DNA from: Amoebophrya sp. A120
Lineage: Eukaryota; Protista; Dinoflagellata
Assembly: GCA_905178155.1 (NCBI GenBank)
Contig: CAJINV010000006.1
Coordinates: 502,398 to 566,397 of the forward strand
Length of the DNA: 64,000 bases
Direction of reading: 5' to 3'
In this document: positions 59,872 through 64,000 of the stretch, piece by piece
How the letters are laid out: the number at the start of each line of letters is the position of its first letter
Numbering within the stretch: the stretch's first letter is position 1
Program-made: the position numbers and the translations under genes
The notes under the pieces: generated by a model
What the model saw: the letters and a program-made list of their open reading frames with translations, nothing else
Told to the model about the DNA's origin: nothing
The model's database searches: none

Positions 59872-62800
59872 CTAACAGCACAACCCTGAATAATCCGGGG
59901 GGTCTCCTACAGCAGTAGCGCCATTACTTTCCGTGCTCAAAACTTCTAAATCTCCAGCTGCATTGGAGATGTTAGCAGGGACTAGATCGGGAGGTGTCGC
60001 GTTCGTCGAAGAAAAATCTGTTGTGTTGTTCTGCAGACCACTAGGTGTAGAAGTTGTACCATCTTCAGTGCTGCCAGCACTACTGTTCGTAGAAACACTA
60101 CTAATACTACATTCCTGCAAAACTCCTTCACAGGCTTCCTCCTTTTCCAACGCAAAACCGCTGCAGGGACGCCCACCCCCAACCGCGTCACTGAGCACTT
60201 CTCTCGTCAGTCGGCGCACCCCAGCGCCACAGGTTACGCTACAGGAGGTTGTAGTACTGCCACCCCACTCAGTGAGCTGACAATCCCTGTCCACCGGCGT
60301 AGTTGGTGGATCATCTACGACAGGAGCTGATGTCGACACGGTCGGGGTTGTTGTCCCCCCGTCCTCGTCGCGACACGCGGGGAGCCGAAACGCACCGTGC
60401 CGCATAATGTTTGCTTCGTCTGGATCTGCTTCCACGGGCTTGGTCTTGTACATGCTCTGGAACCGCCAGAAACACTATCAAATGCAAAAATGTCTGGGTC
60501 TGGAACTTGTGGTGCGAACTTTGGACTCTAAAAACGTCTGTATTGCATGACTAGCAAGAGCAGTCTAGTTTGTGCTACACGGGGAGGGCGTTTGTCATGC
60601 GGAGTAGGCAGCAGTAAGCCCTCTAAAAATCTGTGATGCTAGGTCGTGCATTACAGACGTCCTGGGTCATGTGAAACATGCATGACAAGTCTCAGAATCT
60701 TCCAGACCCAGACATTTTTGCATTTGATAAACACGACGCGGCCGGAGATGCGGTGTCAAGAACCTCCTGCTCTCCGCCACTATCAGCCTCCGCGCTGGCG
60801 CGGCCGGTGAATTCCATGCGCAGCCAGGTGTTCATGGCCGGGGAGCCGGCGAAGAGAAAGGGCACATTATTAAGAGGAAAAATCCCCCCTCCCCATATCG
60901 AAAACGAAAGTTGTGACGCTGTATTTGAGTACACAAATCGACTTGTATTGCTAGAAGGCCAAGAGCCGCAGCTGGGGCCTCGTTTGCAGGCAATTTGTCA
61001 TGCTGTTTCCTACTTCCAGCTGCCTCCTGTCATGCTGAAGATGCAAGGCTTTCCCAAGCCACCCAGCACTACAGTCAGAATCTTTTCCCTTCTAGCATGA
61101 CAAAGCTGATTTGTGACTACAAATCTGCAACACAGATTTCCGTTTTGATATGGGGAGGGGGGATTTTTCTTCTTGATACACATCGTCGCCCCACTTGTTA
61201 ACGCTTTTCCACGAGTTTTTGACCTCCCACCCAATCCGCTCGTGGCAGTGGCCGTTTACAACGGCGACGACGCAACTGTCGCGCACCAAATCGTGGATCA
61301 CGTCCGCCGTCATTCCACTCTCGGCGCCGTGGTTCTTCCCGTTTTTAAAAATGTGCACGAATAGCACGGCGTACCGCGACCCCTTGTGCCCCCTCGCGGC
61401 CCAGGTCTCGTCGTCGCACGTCTTCAGCAGCTGGTCCCGCAGCCAGTCCACGCTCGGCCGCAAGTGTCCCAACGTGCGGCAGTGCCCCGTGTTTTCCTTG
61501 TGATACAAGGCGTGGCCGTATCCTGTGCAAAAGTACTATCGCACTCGTTTAGTGATTGCATTTATGCATTACAAATCTCTTTCGCAAGACAAATTAGCAT
61601 TGCAAATCTAATTTGTAATGCTGGGCTAAAACTTGTAATGCAAATTAAACTAGTAGGATGCTTTTGCATTGCATAGGCCGCGCACCCCGTCACACGCCTC
61701 CATGCCGTACGTGGAAAGCTGTCCCGCTATCGTGAGGAAAAATCCCCCCACCCCATACCAAAAAGGGATACTTGTGATGCTGATTTGTAGCCACAAATCG
61801 TCTCTGTGTTGCAAGCAGGCCAATCCAAAGACTCCTTCGCATTGTGCTGGCGGTTTCTGATGCTATGGGGCCTACAGAGTACACATTTGCCATGCTACGC
61901 GCCTACGTCAAAGCCCTTCTACTTAGGCTTGGTATGGGCCTGCAGTTCCCTACTGCAAGACAGACCTGATTTGTGTACGCAAATCCAGCATCAGCAACTT
62001 CGTCTTGATATGGGGAGGGGGGATTTTTCCTTTTGATACCCGCGCATTCTTTCCCGCCGGGCGCGCACCCCGCGGAGGGCGCCTTGCCGGCATTGCAGTT
62101 TTCTTGGTTACACCCCTCGGTCGAAAAACATTTCCCGTCGGCGTTCACGTACCCCCGCTGCGCACAGGTGCCCTCGTAGGCCGGGTGCATGTGCAGGGCG
62201 AACATCCGAAACCGCCCGTGGTCCTGCGGGGGGGTCCAGGCGTAGGACCCCGACTCGCGGTGAAACGCGTCAATAACGGAATTGTGCGCCCACTGCGGGT
62301 GTGTATCCAAAACCGCGTTCGCGGCGCGCTTGGTCACCGGGAAGCGCACAGACTGCGCGCATCAAAGTGAAAAAAGCCCCCACAACATACGCAAAAGGCG
62401 ATTTGTGTTGCTGGATTTGTGTACACAAATGAGCTTTGTATTGCAGCGAGAGTTTGTCGGCATATTCTAAGCCCATTTAGATACGCATCCGGCTAGCAGC
62501 TGCGCATGAGAAACAAGGCTGAGATAGGCGAAAACGCATGACAGGCTGGCTGCACAATGCGCCACATGGGTGCCGTTTGCCTTGTACGCAAGACAGACCT
62601 GATTTGTGGTCGCAAATCAGCATCACAAATTTCCTTTTCGATATGAGGAGGGGGGATTTTTTCCTCGCAATAGCGCGAGGGGGTGATGCGCCTCGTCTAT
62701 GGATGTGTCAGAGTTGAAATCGACAAAGTTGAAATAATTTCCCATGCATAAATTGCAAGGCATGAACTGCCTCTCTTGCAGGGACGGCAAGTGATGCCGA

Positions 62801-63859
62801 CTGTCAGCCTGTTTGGGGTCTGCGATAGAGCTACTAAAGTAGCACTACAGAAGACGCCTTCTGGGGCCCCTAAACAGCATGACAAACTGGATTTGGACGG
62901 TGCCAAAATTTGTCATGCGCCGCTTAGAAATTGGGCTTCCACCTGGTATCGATTTTATGCATTACAAATTATTTCAACTTTGTCGATTTCAACTCTGACA
63001 CATCCATATCGTCGGATATTGGTGTAAAGTCCGCGGTCGTGAGCATTACCCGAATGTACTGTAGTTGTGCCATGGCCCGACCCACCCCGCTATCAGATGT
63101 AAAAGTGTCTGGGTCTGGAAGAATGCATGTTTGTCATGCTTGTCTGGGATGATTCTTAAATCTGTCATGCACGTTACCCAAGAGCCCAATTGTTCTGTCA
63201 TGCAGAAACGCAGTTTGTCATGCAGAATAGGCAACACCTAGAAGCTCAGAAAGTTGTCATGCTGAGCCAGCACTTGTGGCGTCCTCCTGATACGCCACTC
63301 AGCATCACAAGTTCCCAGACCCAGACATTTTTGCATTTGATACCCGCACCAGCGGTGGGCGTCTCTGTGCGGGAACAGGTAGGGGTAGCGGTTCTGGTAG
63401 TCGTGGTTGCCCAGCATGGGCAGCACGTACCAATCCTCCTTCGGATCGTCAAATTGATGCAGAAACTTTTCGAAATACTCTTCCAACTGGCTCATAATGC
63501 CCAGATGCGTCAAGTCTCCCACGACAATGACGTCCTGACGAGGATGTGCAACCATTGAAGCCGAGGACCCAGCAGGACTTGCCCCCGAGGATTCAGGGAG
63601 CTGAACAATTGTGGTAGTAGTTGTTGTAGTCCCAGCAGATGACTGGTCTTGTGCCTCCACTAGCCTCATCGCGTCCGCGTGCCACGTGCAACTCCCCCGG
63701 TCCGCCTTGCAGGCCTTCACGCCCGCGTCGAGGGCGGCGGGTATGGTTGTGGTATCATGGGGAAACGACTGTTTCTCCCCGTTTTCGGTCCTCTTTCGCG
63801 TTGCGGACTCGGATTCGGGGGGGTCCAGCTCGAACCATTTGTCAAAGTGGCTTGTGTAA
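59872..63859 (-). CDS. Paralogous metallophosphoesterase with one TSP1 repeat, 5' end outside the window
   Basis: Exons 63343-63859,63009-63085,62673-62692,62039-62354,61676-61722,61179-61513,60730-60862,59872-60470; VVGDLTHLG, LGNHDY, VNGHCH; ends PPDYSGLCC*. Confidence 0.82.
60476..60729. mobile_element. Introner family A
   Basis: TSD AACAC. Confidence 0.92.
60868..61178. mobile_element. Introner family C
   Basis: TSD CACAT. Confidence 0.9.
61519..61675. mobile_element. Introner family F
   Basis: TSD GGCCG. Confidence 0.87.
61728..62038. mobile_element. Introner family C
   Basis: TSD CCCGC. Confidence 0.9.
62360..62672. mobile_element. Introner family C (CAT start)
   Basis: TSD GCGCG. 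Confidence 0.87.
62698..63008. mobile_element. Introner family D
   Basis: Perfect ~40-bp TIR, TSD TCGTC. Confidence 0.92.
63091..63342. mobile_element. Introner family A (inverted sister of 56437)
   Basis: TSD CCCGC. Confidence 0.92.
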
Positions 63860-63864
63860 CCCAG

Positions 63865-64000
63865 TATGCATTGCAAATATCCCTGGATGTCTGGAAGGTG
63901 GCAACTTGTGATCCTGTCTGTGGATTCTAAAAAAATTTGTCCTGCATGAGGAGGAAGACGAGTCCAGCTTTTGCTACGCGGAGAGGGCATTATTTCTCAT
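63865..64000. mobile_element. Introner family A, cut by the window edge
   Basis: Left TIR TATGCATTGCAAATATCCCTGGATGTCTGGAA. Confidence 0.8.

Noticed and set aside
4632-64000. Recurring peptides in the ORF track (SNAKMSGSGR, LPDPDIFAFD, FQTQTFLHLI, KNVWVWK, WGRFYSGY) as a protein repeat family
   Set aside because: They are translations of element TIRs in different frames and vanish when genes are reconstructed
1-64000. Dinoflagellate spliced-leader relics, rRNA, tRNA or a transposase/RT ORF
   Set aside because: None recognised by eye; a covariance-model and HMM scan would be needed to exclude them

Overview
Eukaryotic protist DNA. The architecture best fits a syndinian dinoflagellate of the Amoebophrya type (inference from architecture, no search run). 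About 11 genes lie on the minus strand. Their exons are split by about 85 short (135-350 bp) non-coding elements from at least 11 unrelated terminal-inverted-repeat (TIR) families. Nearly all have TAT...ATA ends, a 5-bp target-site duplication (TSD) and several copies of one shared internal motif, GCAT(G/C/T)ACAA. Removing each element plus one TSD copy by hand restores open frames of 1457, 332, 1950, 434 and 1144 aa; a 240-aa gene also needs two GT-AG introns. The elements therefore behave as non-canonical, orientation-independent introns (introners). Recognisable products are a TMEM14-family protein, a SMYD-like SET protein and two tandem metallophosphoesterase-TSP1 paralogs. Other mobile-like DNA: a 1.1-kb insertion with a 19-bp TSD nested in one introner, a hairpin-rich 1.6-kb element with 22-bp flanking repeats, and a GC-rich island. 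Coordinates were read by eye and may be off by 1-2 nt. Family letters A-K are my own labels.
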